This document shows positions 31,301 through 40,740 of a stretch of DNA of 64,000 bases, one piece after another. The stretch comes from an uncultured Planctomycetota bacterium (GTDB lineage: Bacteria; Planctomycetota; Planctomycetia; Isosphaerales; Isosphaeraceae). Position 1 is the first letter of the stretch, and the number at the start of each line of letters is the position of its first letter. The translations under genes and the position numbers were made by a program. The notes beneath the pieces are model-generated. The model was not told the origin of the DNA. It saw nothing but the letters and a program-made list of their open reading frames with translations, and ran no database searches. Where the stretch lies: contig CAWJTV010000005.1 of NCBI GenBank assembly GCA_963845755.1, positions 1 to 64,000 of the forward strand, given 5' to 3'.

Positions 31301-32612
31301 CGGCGTCGATGGCCGGGCTGCCGGGTAAGAGGGCGATGGTCTGGGTCGGACCACCGTTGTCGGCCAGCGAGCCGAGCCCCGGGTCGGCGACGCCCTCCTG
31401 GTTGCCATTGACCCCATTCGTCAGGCCGCCGGACGAGCCAGCCTGGCCGATAAGATTGTACGAACTGGATAGGCTTACCGTTCCGAAAATGTCGGTCCCA
31501 TTAAGGGCGACGATCGTGTTATTCAAGGTGAGCGTAGCGTTGTCATCATTCCGCAGACCGCCCTGTGGGTTATCCGCGATCGTAGAGTCTGTGACAGTTG
31601 CCGCGCCGTCGTTAACGACTCCTTCTGAACCACCGAAAGGTGCGTCGAGGCCGAAGATGGTGGAGTTCGTGAGGCTCAGTGTACCTGAGTTGGTCACATT
31701 GACGGAATCGTTATTGGCCAGGGTGGATCCGATGATGCTAAACGTGCCAAAGTTGTCGACGCCAGCACCTCCGCCGTTATTGTCATCGATCGATGAATTG
31801 TTGATTGTGAATGTGCTGTTTTGATTATTGAAAATACCACCGCCGAAGTTTGACCCGTTGCCGGCGATGGTGGAGCCGGAGACCGTGACCGTGCCGCCGT
31901 CGTTGTTGATGCCGCCGCCATAGCCGTGATACTGGAATGGCTCGACCTCCGACACGGACCCATTTCCGTAAATGGTACAGTCTGTTACCGTCAACGAAGA
32001 ATTGGCAGCGTTGAAGATGCCGCCGCCAAAGCCGTAGTCGAGATTGGAGCTCGTGGCGATGTTGCCCGAAATGGTGCAGTCGGTCAGCGTCAGCGTTCCG
32101 TTGTTGTCGATCCCGCCGCCATATTCAGTCATACCACTCGCGATGGTAAGACCCGAGATCGAGGCGGTCGCGCCTGGGAGCCCGGGCGTCGGTCCGAAGA
32201 CCGAGAACACCCCAACGGCATTATTTCCGCTGATCGTCACGAGGCTGGCGCCGGGGCCGTCGATCTCCTCCGGACCGGCGGTTTCCGAGAGCGACAGCGT
32301 ACTGGACAGCGTGATGGTCTGCGGCGTGCCGAAGACCGTCGGGTCGAACTGGATCACACTGCCGTCGGTGTTCGGGTTGGCGTTGGCCTGGTCGATGCAA
32401 TACAGCAGGTCGCCCGTGGTCCCCGAGCCGGCGCCGGTGTCGGTGGTCGCGTTGACCGTGTAGATCGTCGCCGCCAGCAGGCGCCGGTTCTCCAGGCTCT
32501 CCAGTGCACGGAGGCGGCGGCGCTGGGGGCGCGTGCGTGTGCGCTTGCGAGCGCTCGACGGCGTGACAATCGAGAACAAAGCCGAAAACGGTCGAGACCT
32601 GTGGCGCAACAT
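25394..32612 (-). CDS. Giant (~2400 aa) secreted adhesin-like protein: two beta-helix/choice-of-anchor-Q modules, Ig-like repeats, four C-terminal 167-aa repeats; split by several frameshifts
   Basis: GGAAGGGG RBS; LENRRLLA leader; GGGIxN repeats; LADNGGPTQTIALLPGSPAIDAG and DQRG...DIGAFE; VTTQPP...GVATFSDLTL repeats; ORF pieces join by 1-bp shifts. Confidence 0.85.
25689..27690 (-). repeat. Four tandem ~501-bp coding repeats
   Basis: Units start at 25689, 26190, 26691 and 27195 (periods 501, 501, 504), with long identical stretches. Confidence 0.97.
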
Positions 32613-33087
32613 GGTGTAGCCCCTTCCAATAGGACCAAAACCAGAGATTTCCCGTGGAAACCCAGGCGTGAAGCGACTCACGATCGACGATCTTCGATGC
32701 CAACGTCAGAAACACGAGGAGAGTGGGCGGGAATCGTCTTGTAACCGGCCCATCCGCATCGGGAGGCCGTATCGTCCGTGAAGGCGCGCGAAGCCCAGCG
32801 TCGCACGATGAAACCGGTTCGCGCGGTCACCAAAGACGGACGTTCGAAAACGCTGTGGTGGTTGTGTGCTCCTCTTACGTCCCCAAAAATAAGTTGTGAC
32901 TCCATTTCTTCAATAAGTGTGGCGAAAAATCAACTAAGTTGGTCCTGTTTTACATTTCTTTACAATGCTGAGCCCTGCGGGGCGATCATCTCGGGTTCGA
33001 AAATCCCCTGTGCGGGAAGAAAATGACCGAATATGATGCAAACTTCTTGGCAATGTGCTCTGTCAGGTTTCTCGCCGCGTTGCTAAG
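32613..33087 (-). repeat. Duplicated ~470-bp upstream region, copy 2
   Basis: See copy 1. Confidence 0.95.
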
Positions 33088-33266
33088 GGGCCGCAGGAGC
33101 AAAGCCCCGGGTGAAACCCGGGGTCCGCGGCAAGGCAGCCCCATCCCGGCGGCCTGCAGGGCCGCAGGAGACTTCCGGCACCCCGTCGGGGTGCACGAGG
33201 AAGGTGCAGGGTGCACGAGTCCCAGGGTTTCACTCTGGGCGGGGCTCCCGCGGCCCGTCAGGCCGC
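33088..33266. repeat. REP/REPIN-like nested palindrome cluster
   Basis: GCCCCGGGTGAAACCCGGGG ... CCCAGGGTTTCACTCTGGGC and GGCCTGCAGGGCCGC ... GCGGCCCGTCAGGCC arranged as inverted arms. Confidence 0.65.
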
Positions 33267-33311
33267 AGAACCTCGGTTGACAGTGTATGCGCAACCCATC
33301 TGTTTTGCGCT

Positions 33312-33459
33312 CTGAGGCGGCGTTCGGCCGCAACCAAAAGAGGGATTCCGGATTCGAGATTCCGGATTCCAGAACGGAATGATTCGGGAATGCCGAGTCG
33401 GGAATTCGCAATCCTCAGATGCGTGCAGGGTGCAGGGATCCTACCGAAAAAGTCTCTAG
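33312..33459 (+). repeat. Heptamer-hairpin element, copy D
   Basis: GCGGCGTTCGGCCGCAACC head, GGATTCCGGATTCGAGATTCCGGATTCC, tail GCAGGGATCCTAC...CTCTAG. Confidence 0.88.
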
Positions 33460-33721
33460 AAGCCCGACTCGCCCGCGAGTGGATTCCGGCAGGGAAGATC
33501 GCTTCACTCGCTGGCACTTCGGGCTCGTATCCGATCGCGGCAGTGGCCACGCCTATTGGCCCATGAGCCAAAAAGTCAACGATGTGTTGCCGGTCCGCAT
33601 CGAACCCTTGATTTTCCCGTCGCGGCGAGTTTAGCCTGGTGAAGTTTGTATCGCTTCGGGTACCGGGGCACTGCCGCCCTTCTCGCCCATCACCCTGACT
33701 TCGCCTTAGAAAGGTCCAAAG

Positions 33722-34429
33722 GTGCGCCTAAAATATTATTTAACTGGCATAGTATTGTTTGTTTCCGCCATGATTTGCATGCCCGGTGTTCCGGTTCGCG
33801 GAGAAGTCATCCTGAACTTCAACGATGTGCCACCTGGCACGCTCGTCGTCCCCTCCCCTTACGTCAGCCAGGGGTTTACCCTGACCAGTAGCAGCAGCGG
33901 CTGGGTCTTCAATAGCCCTGACACAGGCAATGGGAGTTCGCAACCGGTAGGCGCCAATGACTTCTATGCCGGAGAGAACGCCCTGGCCGCATTTGCACCG
34001 GCGACCATGACCCTGAGTCAAACCAACGGTGATCCGTTCTCACTCCTGTCGATCGACCTGGCCCGGAATTTCGCATTCGACCCGGCCCCGTCGGTCACCT
34101 TCACGGGGACGCAGGTCGGCGGGGGACAGGTGGTCGATACGGTTACGGTGACCGAACCCGCGGGATTCCCCCAGACCTTCACCACGTTCGACCTCCCGGG
34201 CTTCACGAATCTCGTCTCGGTGAGCTGGGACCAGCCCGACCCTTCGGCTGGCCTTAACCAGTTCACCAACATCGTGCTTACCGCCGGGGCCGTACCCGAA
34301 CCCTCCACGCTGATCATGCTGGGCCTGGGGCTTCCGCTGGTGCTGGCCTATACGCAGCCGCGCCAGGAGGCGACGGGCGTGAGTCGTCGCATTCGGGATT
34401 CGTCACCCGACCCGGGACGAGTATCTTGA
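33722..34429 (+). CDS. PEP-CTERM sorting-domain protein
   Basis: Signal peptide; VPEPSTLIMLGLGLPLVLAY followed by a basic tail. Confidence 0.9.
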   Translation: MRLKYYLTGIVLFVSAMICMPGVPVRGEVILNFNDVPPGTLVVPSPYVSQGFTLTSSSSGWVFNSPDTGNGSSQPVGANDFYAGENALAAFAPATMTLSQTNGDPFSLLSIDLARNFAFDPAPSVTFTGTQVGGGQVVDTVTVTEPAGFPQTFTTFDLPGFTNLVSVSWDQPDPSAGLNQFTNIVLTAGAVPEPSTLIMLGLGLPLVLAYTQPRQEATGVSRRIRDSSPDPGRVS

Positions 34430-34480
34430 CACACGCCGCCATGGAGTGGAATCGAGAGTCTGTTCCCTAAGTCCCTTCCT

Positions 34481-34980
34481 GAGCCCCTGGATGGGGGCGG
34501 AAGCACGTAGCCAGGGGCGTGAGCCCCTGGACGAGGGGGGTTCCCCCGATTCGGGGAGCCCCGGAGGGGCGACAGAAACCCTGTGGCCCTGAGGACGTCT
34601 GTCGCCCCTCCGGGGCTCGAAGGACGGTCGAGGGGGTCGCGGTCGATCGTCCAGGGGCTCACGCCCTCGTTGTTCTACACAAGTCATAGATCCATAGGGA
34701 ACAATGGGTTCCGTCAAGTTGCCGTGGCCAAATCGATCATTTTATACTAATAATGCTATATGTGCACTAGATAATTTATCGGTTTTTCGCGGGAAATCTC
34801 AATATCGGCGAAATCCTGATAAAAATATGCGTCGCAGGTGTATATACTGTACATGTAGTGTACACTGCCCGCGCGTGGCCCTGTTTCCCATTGCAACTCA
34901 TTACTTCAAAATGGGTTACGACTTGTGTAGATGACCGAGGGCTCACGCCCCTGGCTACGTCCGGTCGCCCCTCTGGGGCT
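34481..34980. repeat. REP/REPIN-like palindrome cluster interrupted by a MITE
   Basis: GTAGCCAGGGGCGTGAGCCCCTGG / AGCCCCGGAGGGGCGACA mirrored by TGTCGCCCCTCCGGGGCT / CCAGGGGCTCACGCCCCTGGCTAC. Confidence 0.85.
34666..34939. mobile_element. 274-bp AT-rich MITE with terminal inverted repeats and a 10-bp TSD
   Basis: TIRs CTCGTTGTTCTACACAAGTC and CTCGGTCATCTACACAAGTC (reverse complement); GGCTCACGCC duplicated at 34656-34665 and 34940-34949 (12 bp if the boundary is shifted by one). Confidence 0.85.
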
Positions 34981-35248
34981 TTTGGAACAGACTCTCGAGT
35001 CCCGGATCGCTGTCCGGGGCCGATTCCGCCCCTCGGGATCCTCATTCTGGGCCCGAGAGGACCGCACGGGGCTTGGCCGCGAATGTCTTGAAACGCGGGC
35101 GGCTTTTCGAGTTCGGCGCGCCCGCCTCGTCATGCTGGATGATTTCACCCCGTTCTCCCCGGCCCACCTGGACCGACGCCTGATCCGTTCACTCATCCCA
35201 ACGTCCCCCACAGGTGCTCGCCACAGCGGTCGCGTGTATGATGTTGCC

Positions 35249-36838
35249 ATGGGATCACTTTCACGTGGCGAGAACCTGGATCGGCTCCGCGCTGGTGGCA
35301 CCTGGGACGTCGTGGTGATCGGTGGGGGCGCCACCGGGTTGGGTTCCGCGGTCGATGCCGCGGTGCGCGGGTATCGCACGGTCTTGCTCGAGGCGCGCGA
35401 CTTCGCCCAGGGGACTTCGAGCCGAAGCACCAAACTCATCCATGGCGGTGTCCGCTATCTGGCACAGGGAGATATCCCGCTGGTCCGCGAGGCGCTTCAC
35501 GAGCGAGGTGTCCTGTTTCGCAATGCGCCGCATCTGGTCCATTCGCGCGAATTCGTCGTGCCGGCCTACCGATGGAGAGAGATCCCCTTTTACGGGATCG
35601 GCTTGAAAGTCTATGACCTGCTGGCGGGACGTTACAACCTCAGGCGTTCGCGGTGGATCGGCCCGGCCGACGTGGTGGTGCGCATCCCGAGCCTCGTCCG
35701 AACCGGATTACGCGGGGGGATTGTCTATACTGACGGCCAGTTCGACGATGCGCGGCTGGCGATCGCCCTGGCCCGCACGCTGGTTGACCTCGGTGGCACC
35801 GCTCTCAATGGGGCGCCAGTCACGGGCTTTACCAAGCGCGGAGGACGGATCACCGGAGTCACAGCCCGCGATGCGGAGACCGGCGAGGAGTTCGCCCTCG
35901 AGGCGCGCGGGGTGATCAACGCGACGGGCGTGTATGCCGACGCGGTCCGGACGATGGATGATCCGGCGGCCGAGACCGCACCGTTGCTGAGCCCCAGCCA
36001 GGGGACACACCTGGTGCTCGACCGCGACTTCTTTCGCGGTTCGAGCGCGCTCCTCGTCCCGCACACCAAGGACGGCCGCGTCCTGTTCATGATCCCCTGG
36101 CATAACCGGATACTCGTCGGCACGACGGATACGCCGGTCACCGAGATCGCGCTCGAACCCCGGCCGCGTCGGGAAGAGATCGCGTACCTTCTCGATCACG
36201 TGGCCCGGTACCTGGAACCGAGCCCGACCGCGGGGGATGTCCAGAGCACATTTGCCGGGCTTCGGCCGCTGCTCCGGGGCCAGAACGGCAAGGTCGCCGG
36301 CTCGACGGCGAAACTGTCGCGCGAACATGCCGTGGTGGTTTCCGACTCGCGCCTGGTCACGATCACGGGCGGGAAGTGGACGACCTACCGACGGATGGCA
36401 ATCGATGCCGTGGACCACGCGGCGCAGATCGGCGGTCTCCCCGATCGTCCGTTGACCACGCATCAGCTCCGGCTTCATGGCTGGGAGGTTGACCCCGACG
36501 AACGAGACGAAGCGCTCCTCATGTACGGGTCGGACGCCTCGCAATTGCGAACGCTCGGCTCAGAACGCCCCGAGTGGGGCCAACCGTTGCATCGGAGGCT
36601 CCCCTACTGGACGATGGAAGTCGTCTGGGCCGCCCGACACGAGGCGGCGCGGACCGTCGAGGACGTCCTGGCGCGGCGGACGCGGGCCCTCTTCCTCGAT
36701 GCCCACGCGAGCATCGAGATCGCTCCTCAGGTCGCGGCAATGCTGGCGTTCGAGCTAGGGCGAGACCCTGCCTGGCAGGGAGATCAGGTCGCGCGGTTCC
36801 GCGAGCTGGCGGAGCGCTATCTGGTCCCGCCGCAGTGA
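35249..36838 (+). CDS. glpD: FAD-dependent glycerol-3-phosphate dehydrogenase/oxidase
   Basis: IGGGATG, GTSSRSTKLIHGGVRYL, DGQFDDARL, GTTD, GLRPL, GGKWTTYR. Confidence 0.93.
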   Translation: MGSLSRGENLDRLRAGGTWDVVVIGGGATGLGSAVDAAVRGYRTVLLEARDFAQGTSSRSTKLIHGGVRYLAQGDIPLVREALHERGVLFRNAPHLVHSREFVVPAYRWREIPFYGIGLKVYDLLAGRYNLRRSRWIGPADVVVRIPSLVRTGLRGGIVYTDGQFDDARLAIALARTLVDLGGTALNGAPVTGFTKRGGRITGVTARDAETGEEFALEARGVINATGVYADAVRTMDDPAAETAPLLSPSQGTHLVLDRDFFRGSSALLVPHTKDGRVLFMIPWHNRILVGTTDTPVTEIALEPRPRREEIAYLLDHVARYLEPSPTAGDVQSTFAGLRPLLRGQNGKVAGSTAKLSREHAVVVSDSRLVTITGGKWTTYRRMAIDAVDHAAQIGGLPDRPLTTHQLRLHGWEVDPDERDEALLMYGSDASQLRTLGSERPEWGQPLHRRLPYWTMEVVWAARHEAARTVEDVLARRTRALFLDAHASIEIAPQVAAMLAFELGRDPAWQGDQVARFRELAERYLVPPQ

Positions 36839-36893
36839 TCCTCGCTCTCGCGAGCGAACTCATTGTGTGGACGCTCTGCCGCGAGTCGCCCCC

Positions 36894-37259
36894 TTATCGC
36901 CAGAAGCAGTCCATGGGATCCTCGGCGATAAACTCCAGGGCATCATCCAGGGAGAGAGCCGTGCCAAAGTCACCGACGGGTCGCCAGCGATCTTGATAGG
37001 GGTTCCAGTAGAGGACCTCGAACAGTCCCTCTTTTCCGGGGCGGAGCCGCGCGACAGGAACCCCGTCGTCTTCCCGGATCAGGGTATAACCCCGCGCGTC
37101 CTTGCGGACGAAGATGCCGCCGCCGTGTTGCTCGTCGAACGCCTCGATCTGGCCCTGCACGAAATCGAGGATGACGGCACGCCTCCGGCGACCCGGGGTC
37201 TCGACTGCGGCGGTATTGTCCTGTCGGACGCGTCGGTCAGGCGGACTCTTGAATTTCAT
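36894..37259 (-). CDS. Hypothetical protein (DUF3024-like)
   Basis: PVARLR...EVLYW...RW...LDDALEFIAEDPMDCFW resembles the DUF3024 C-terminus. Confidence 0.6.
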   Translation of the reverse strand: MKFKSPPDRRVRQDNTAAVETPGRRRRAVILDFVQGQIEAFDEQHGGGIFVRKDARGYTLIREDDGVPVARLRPGKEGLFEVLYWNPYQDRWRPVGDFGTALSLDDALEFIAEDPMDCFWR

Positions 37260-37394
37260 AAACCCCTCCTTCGCTACGCCTCAGACCCGGACGCATCGAT
37301 CCAATCACTCCTTCGAATCTCTTCTCAGCAGTCCCGACGCCTGTCATCATACCCGAATCGGGAGCCAAAAGTGAGAAGTCAGCGGTCGGATCCC

Positions 37395-37547
37395 CTAATG
37401 CGGCTCGGCCGCAACCCAATCGGGATTCCCGATTCGAGATTCCGGATTCCCGAAGGAGAATAATCCGGGAATCGGGAATCTCGAATCCGGAATTCGGAAT
37501 CCCCAGAGGCGCGCAGGGCGCAGGGATCCTACGGAGGAAGACTCTAC
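37395..37547 (+). repeat. Heptamer-hairpin element, copy E
   Basis: Nearly identical to the reverse complement of 9303-9456. Confidence 0.9.
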
Positions 37548-37591
37548 GCTTGTTCCGGGACTGCGCCGGAACAAGTGGCCCCGGCGGGGCA

Positions 37592-37686
37592 GTTGAATTA
37601 AAAGTCAACCATCGACAACAAATTGTCGATGCGCGGCCCATAAGGGCCTAGTGGGCTCCTGTCCGGTGGGTGCGGTCTGGTAGAAT
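37592..37686 (+). promoter_or_regulatory. Operator-like palindromes and an extended -10 upstream of the TPP-enzyme gene
   Basis: CATCGACAA-N4-TTGTCGATG (37610-37631), GTTGA-N8-TCAAC (37592-37609), TGgTAGAAT (37678-37686). Confidence 0.5.
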
Positions 37687-37725
37687 CCCCGGGGTCGAAT
37701 CCGTTGACGAAGGAACCCAGGAACG

Positions 37726-39342
37726 ATGCCGAACGGCGCGGATGTACTCGTTGAGGGATTGGTTCGATGGGGAGTGCGGCACCTCTTCGGGATGCCGGGT
37801 TCCCATTCCACGACCATCTACGATGCACTCGCCCGGTCGGGTTCGATCCGTACGATCCTGATCCGCAACGAGCAGGCCGGCGCCTTCGCGGCGGACGGCT
37901 CGGCGCGCGTCACGGGTGAGCCCGGGGTGGTGTGTACTACCGCGGGGCCCGGCGCGACCAACGCTTTGAGCGGGGTCGCCGAATGCTGGGCCGACTCGAT
38001 CCCCATCCTTCTGCTAGCGGGCCAGGTTAATTCCGATGCGATGGATCGGGAATGCGGCAATTATCATGAGATCGACCTCGAGGGGATCTTTCGTCCGGCG
38101 ACGGCCTGGTGCGGGACGGTCCGGCGAGTCGATCGAATTCCCGCCATGCTGGGCCGGGCGTTTCAGGCGATGACATGGGGACGGCCTCGGCCCGCCGCGC
38201 TGTTCCTCCCTCAAGACCTGATGCGCGCGCCGTGGGAGGATTCTGCGGGGTGGCCTTCGTTTCCACCAGCGCCGCGACCCGACGTGCCGGACGATGCGAT
38301 CGAACAGGCCGCCGAGCTCCTGGCGAACGCGAGTCAACCGGTCATCCTGGCGGGTGGCGGAGCGCTCTGGTCGGGCGCGGCCGAGGCGATCGAAGATCTG
38401 GCCCGGCGGCTCGGTGCGCCGGTGATCACCACGCTCAACGCCAAGGGCCTTCTGGACGAGCGCCACCCACTCTCACTCGGTCATGCGCGGTCGGTCCGAG
38501 CGAAGGCCGTCCTTCCGCACGCCGACGTCATGCTGGCCGTCGGCTGCCGATTCACCGAGGTGCTCACGGACTGGAGGCGGATGCCGGTCCCGAGCCGTCT
38601 GATCCAGATCGACATCGAACCGGACCAGATCGGCATGAATCACCCGGTGGTCGTGGGGATCGTGGCCGACGCGGAGGCCGCCTGCCGCGCCCTCGTTGCG
38701 GCGCTGGCAGACCTACCAGTTCCCCAAGGCTCAGGTTGGGGTACTCTCTGGGACGAGGCACGCACTGCGCGGCATCCCCGACCCGAGTGGCTGATCGAGA
38801 CCCTTCGCAGTGCTCTCCCCGACGATGTCCCGGTCTTCACCGACGCCTGCGAGATCGGCTATCGCATGCATGCGGACTGGCCGTCCTACGGCCCTCGACG
38901 GTTCTTCTACCCGTCCAATTACATCACCCTGGGCTGGGCCTACCCGGCGGCCATCGGAGCGGCCGTCGGGCTGGGCGACCGTCCGGTCGTCTCCGTCAGC
39001 GGCGACGGCGGCTTTGTCATGACGGCTCAGGAACTGGCAACCGCGGCGCGATACCGGCTCCGCGTGATTGCCCTGGTCCACAACGACTCCACTTATGGGG
39101 CGATCAAGAACATCCAGGACCGGGCCCATGAGGGCCGCCATCTCGATACCGATCTCAACAACCCGGACTTCCCTCGCCTCGCCGAGGCTTACGGCGTCGC
39201 CGGTCGCCAGGCCCGCAAGCCCGACGAGCTACTCGCCGCGATCCGCGAGGCGCTCGACCGGGATGGGCCAACTCTGATCGAAGTCCCGGATCAGTGGCGA
39301 TTCCTCCGGGACCTCGCGACGCCGGTCCGCAAGAATGGATGA
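37726..39342 (+). CDS. Thiamine pyrophosphate-binding enzyme (acetolactate synthase large-subunit-like)
   Basis: FGMPG, RNEQAGAFAADG, GPGATN, GDGGF...HND TPP motif. Confidence 0.92.
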   Translation: MPNGADVLVEGLVRWGVRHLFGMPGSHSTTIYDALARSGSIRTILIRNEQAGAFAADGSARVTGEPGVVCTTAGPGATNALSGVAECWADSIPILLLAGQVNSDAMDRECGNYHEIDLEGIFRPATAWCGTVRRVDRIPAMLGRAFQAMTWGRPRPAALFLPQDLMRAPWEDSAGWPSFPPAPRPDVPDDAIEQAAELLANASQPVILAGGGALWSGAAEAIEDLARRLGAPVITTLNAKGLLDERHPLSLGHARSVRAKAVLPHADVMLAVGCRFTEVLTDWRRMPVPSRLIQIDIEPDQIGMNHPVVVGIVADAEAACRALVAALADLPVPQGSGWGTLWDEARTARHPRPEWLIETLRSALPDDVPVFTDACEIGYRMHADWPSYGPRRFFYPSNYITLGWAYPAAIGAAVGLGDRPVVSVSGDGGFVMTAQELATAARYRLRVIALVHNDSTYGAIKNIQDRAHEGRHLDTDLNNPDFPRLAEAYGVAGRQARKPDELLAAIREALDRDGPTLIEVPDQWRFLRDLATPVRKNG

Positions 39343-40494
39343 CTAACGCCGCGTGTAGGCCAGTGCCAGGAGGGCATACGCGGTCACCAGGTTGGCGTCT
39401 CCTTCAAGGAACCGATCGGCCGAGTTGACCCAGCTCCCGTCGGCCTGCTGGCGCTTGGCCAGGGCCGCGATCAGCTCCGGCTTCCAGGTATGCGAGGCAC
39501 CCGCGGCGTCGGTGAGGGTCGGCTCGCCGAGCACGGCCATGGTCTTGGCGAACGTGTGGTAATAGTAGTAGAGCCCCTGTTGCCCGAGTCCCGGGTTTTC
39601 GTCGAGCGTGTAATGCCCTGTGATGTAGGTCAGGGCCGCCTTGACTCGGGGGTCGTTCTTATCGAGCCCGGCGTAGATCATGCTCTTGAGCCCGGCGTAC
39701 GTCATGCTGGCGTACGATCGAAGTCCGCCATCAGGAGTCTTGCCGGCCATGGTCTCGCCGCCGTTCGCGGCCGTGTAGACGAACCCGCCGTCGTTGACCT
39801 TGGCGGACCACGCCTGATCGTTGAACTCGCCCTTGAGATTCTGGCACCTCGACACGAAGACGAGGGCCTTCGTCAAGTTCGGGTCGTCCGGGGGCAGGCC
39901 GGTCTCGCGTAAGGCTTCCATGAAGAAGGCCGTATTGGAGAGGTCGGGCCGGCTGTTTCGGCCGCCATATCCGGCTCCGCCGTAGAAGGCATCCTCGCGC
40001 GTCTTCCCCTCGGTCTCGTCCCATTGCATCGTCTTGAGGAAGTTCTGGCCGGCCTTGATCGTGCGGTCATAGCGGCCCTTCCGATTGGCTTCCTGAAAGG
40101 CGATCAGGGTGATCGACGTCGAGTAATTGGCATGGGGTGCCTCGGAAAGCCCTCCCTTGGGCCCGATGAAGCCTTCCAGGTAGGTCAAGGCCCGGGTGAC
40201 CGCGGGATCGTCGGGAGTGACCTGTCCGGATCGCAGCAGCGCCGTGACCACCAGGGCCGTGATCCCCGGCTCGCGCTGGGTGGACCAGCCGCCCTTGGCG
40301 TCTTGCCGGGGTCGCAGAAAGGCGATTCCGCGTTCGGTCAGCTTCGCCGCCGAGGTCGCGTCAGCCGCCGTACCCTTGGACGGCTCGTCGGCGGCGCCGG
40401 CGCGATTCGACAGGCCTTGCGACCACGCCAGCAAGCCGAGGGTTTGCGCGCCACGGTCGAGGAACTGCCGGCGGGAAGTCGTTCTGGACGTCAT
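39343..40494 (-). CDS. Tat-exported prenyltransferase/squalene-oxidase-repeat protein
   Basis: SRRQFL Tat motif; QDAKGGW and QQADGSW repeats; DLSNT. Confidence 0.85.
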   Translation of the reverse strand: MTSRTTSRRQFLDRGAQTLGLLAWSQGLSNRAGAADEPSKGTAADATSAAKLTERGIAFLRPRQDAKGGWSTQREPGITALVVTALLRSGQVTPDDPAVTRALTYLEGFIGPKGGLSEAPHANYSTSITLIAFQEANRKGRYDRTIKAGQNFLKTMQWDETEGKTREDAFYGGAGYGGRNSRPDLSNTAFFMEALRETGLPPDDPNLTKALVFVSRCQNLKGEFNDQAWSAKVNDGGFVYTAANGGETMAGKTPDGGLRSYASMTYAGLKSMIYAGLDKNDPRVKAALTYITGHYTLDENPGLGQQGLYYYYHTFAKTMAVLGEPTLTDAAGASHTWKPELIAALAKRQQADGSWVNSADRFLEGDANLVTAYALLALAYTRR

Positions 40495-40740
40495 GCGTTC
40501 GTTGTCCTTTCGCCTGGAGTCTGGTTTCGCCCAACCTTCGCCCGGGATGGCGCGACGGCCCGTGCCTGCTGGTGGATTCCCCTGCCCATAGACGGTAGCC
40601 GTCCTCCATGTCGTATTATAGCGACGATTCCCGCCACACGTCCCGGGGGCTGCGCCGTTATCTTGCGTCCGTTAGGCTCGCGCGGTGAAACTGGATCCGA
40701 GCGGGACCCGGACTTTCAAGAGGTCGGAGGGAATGGCTCG

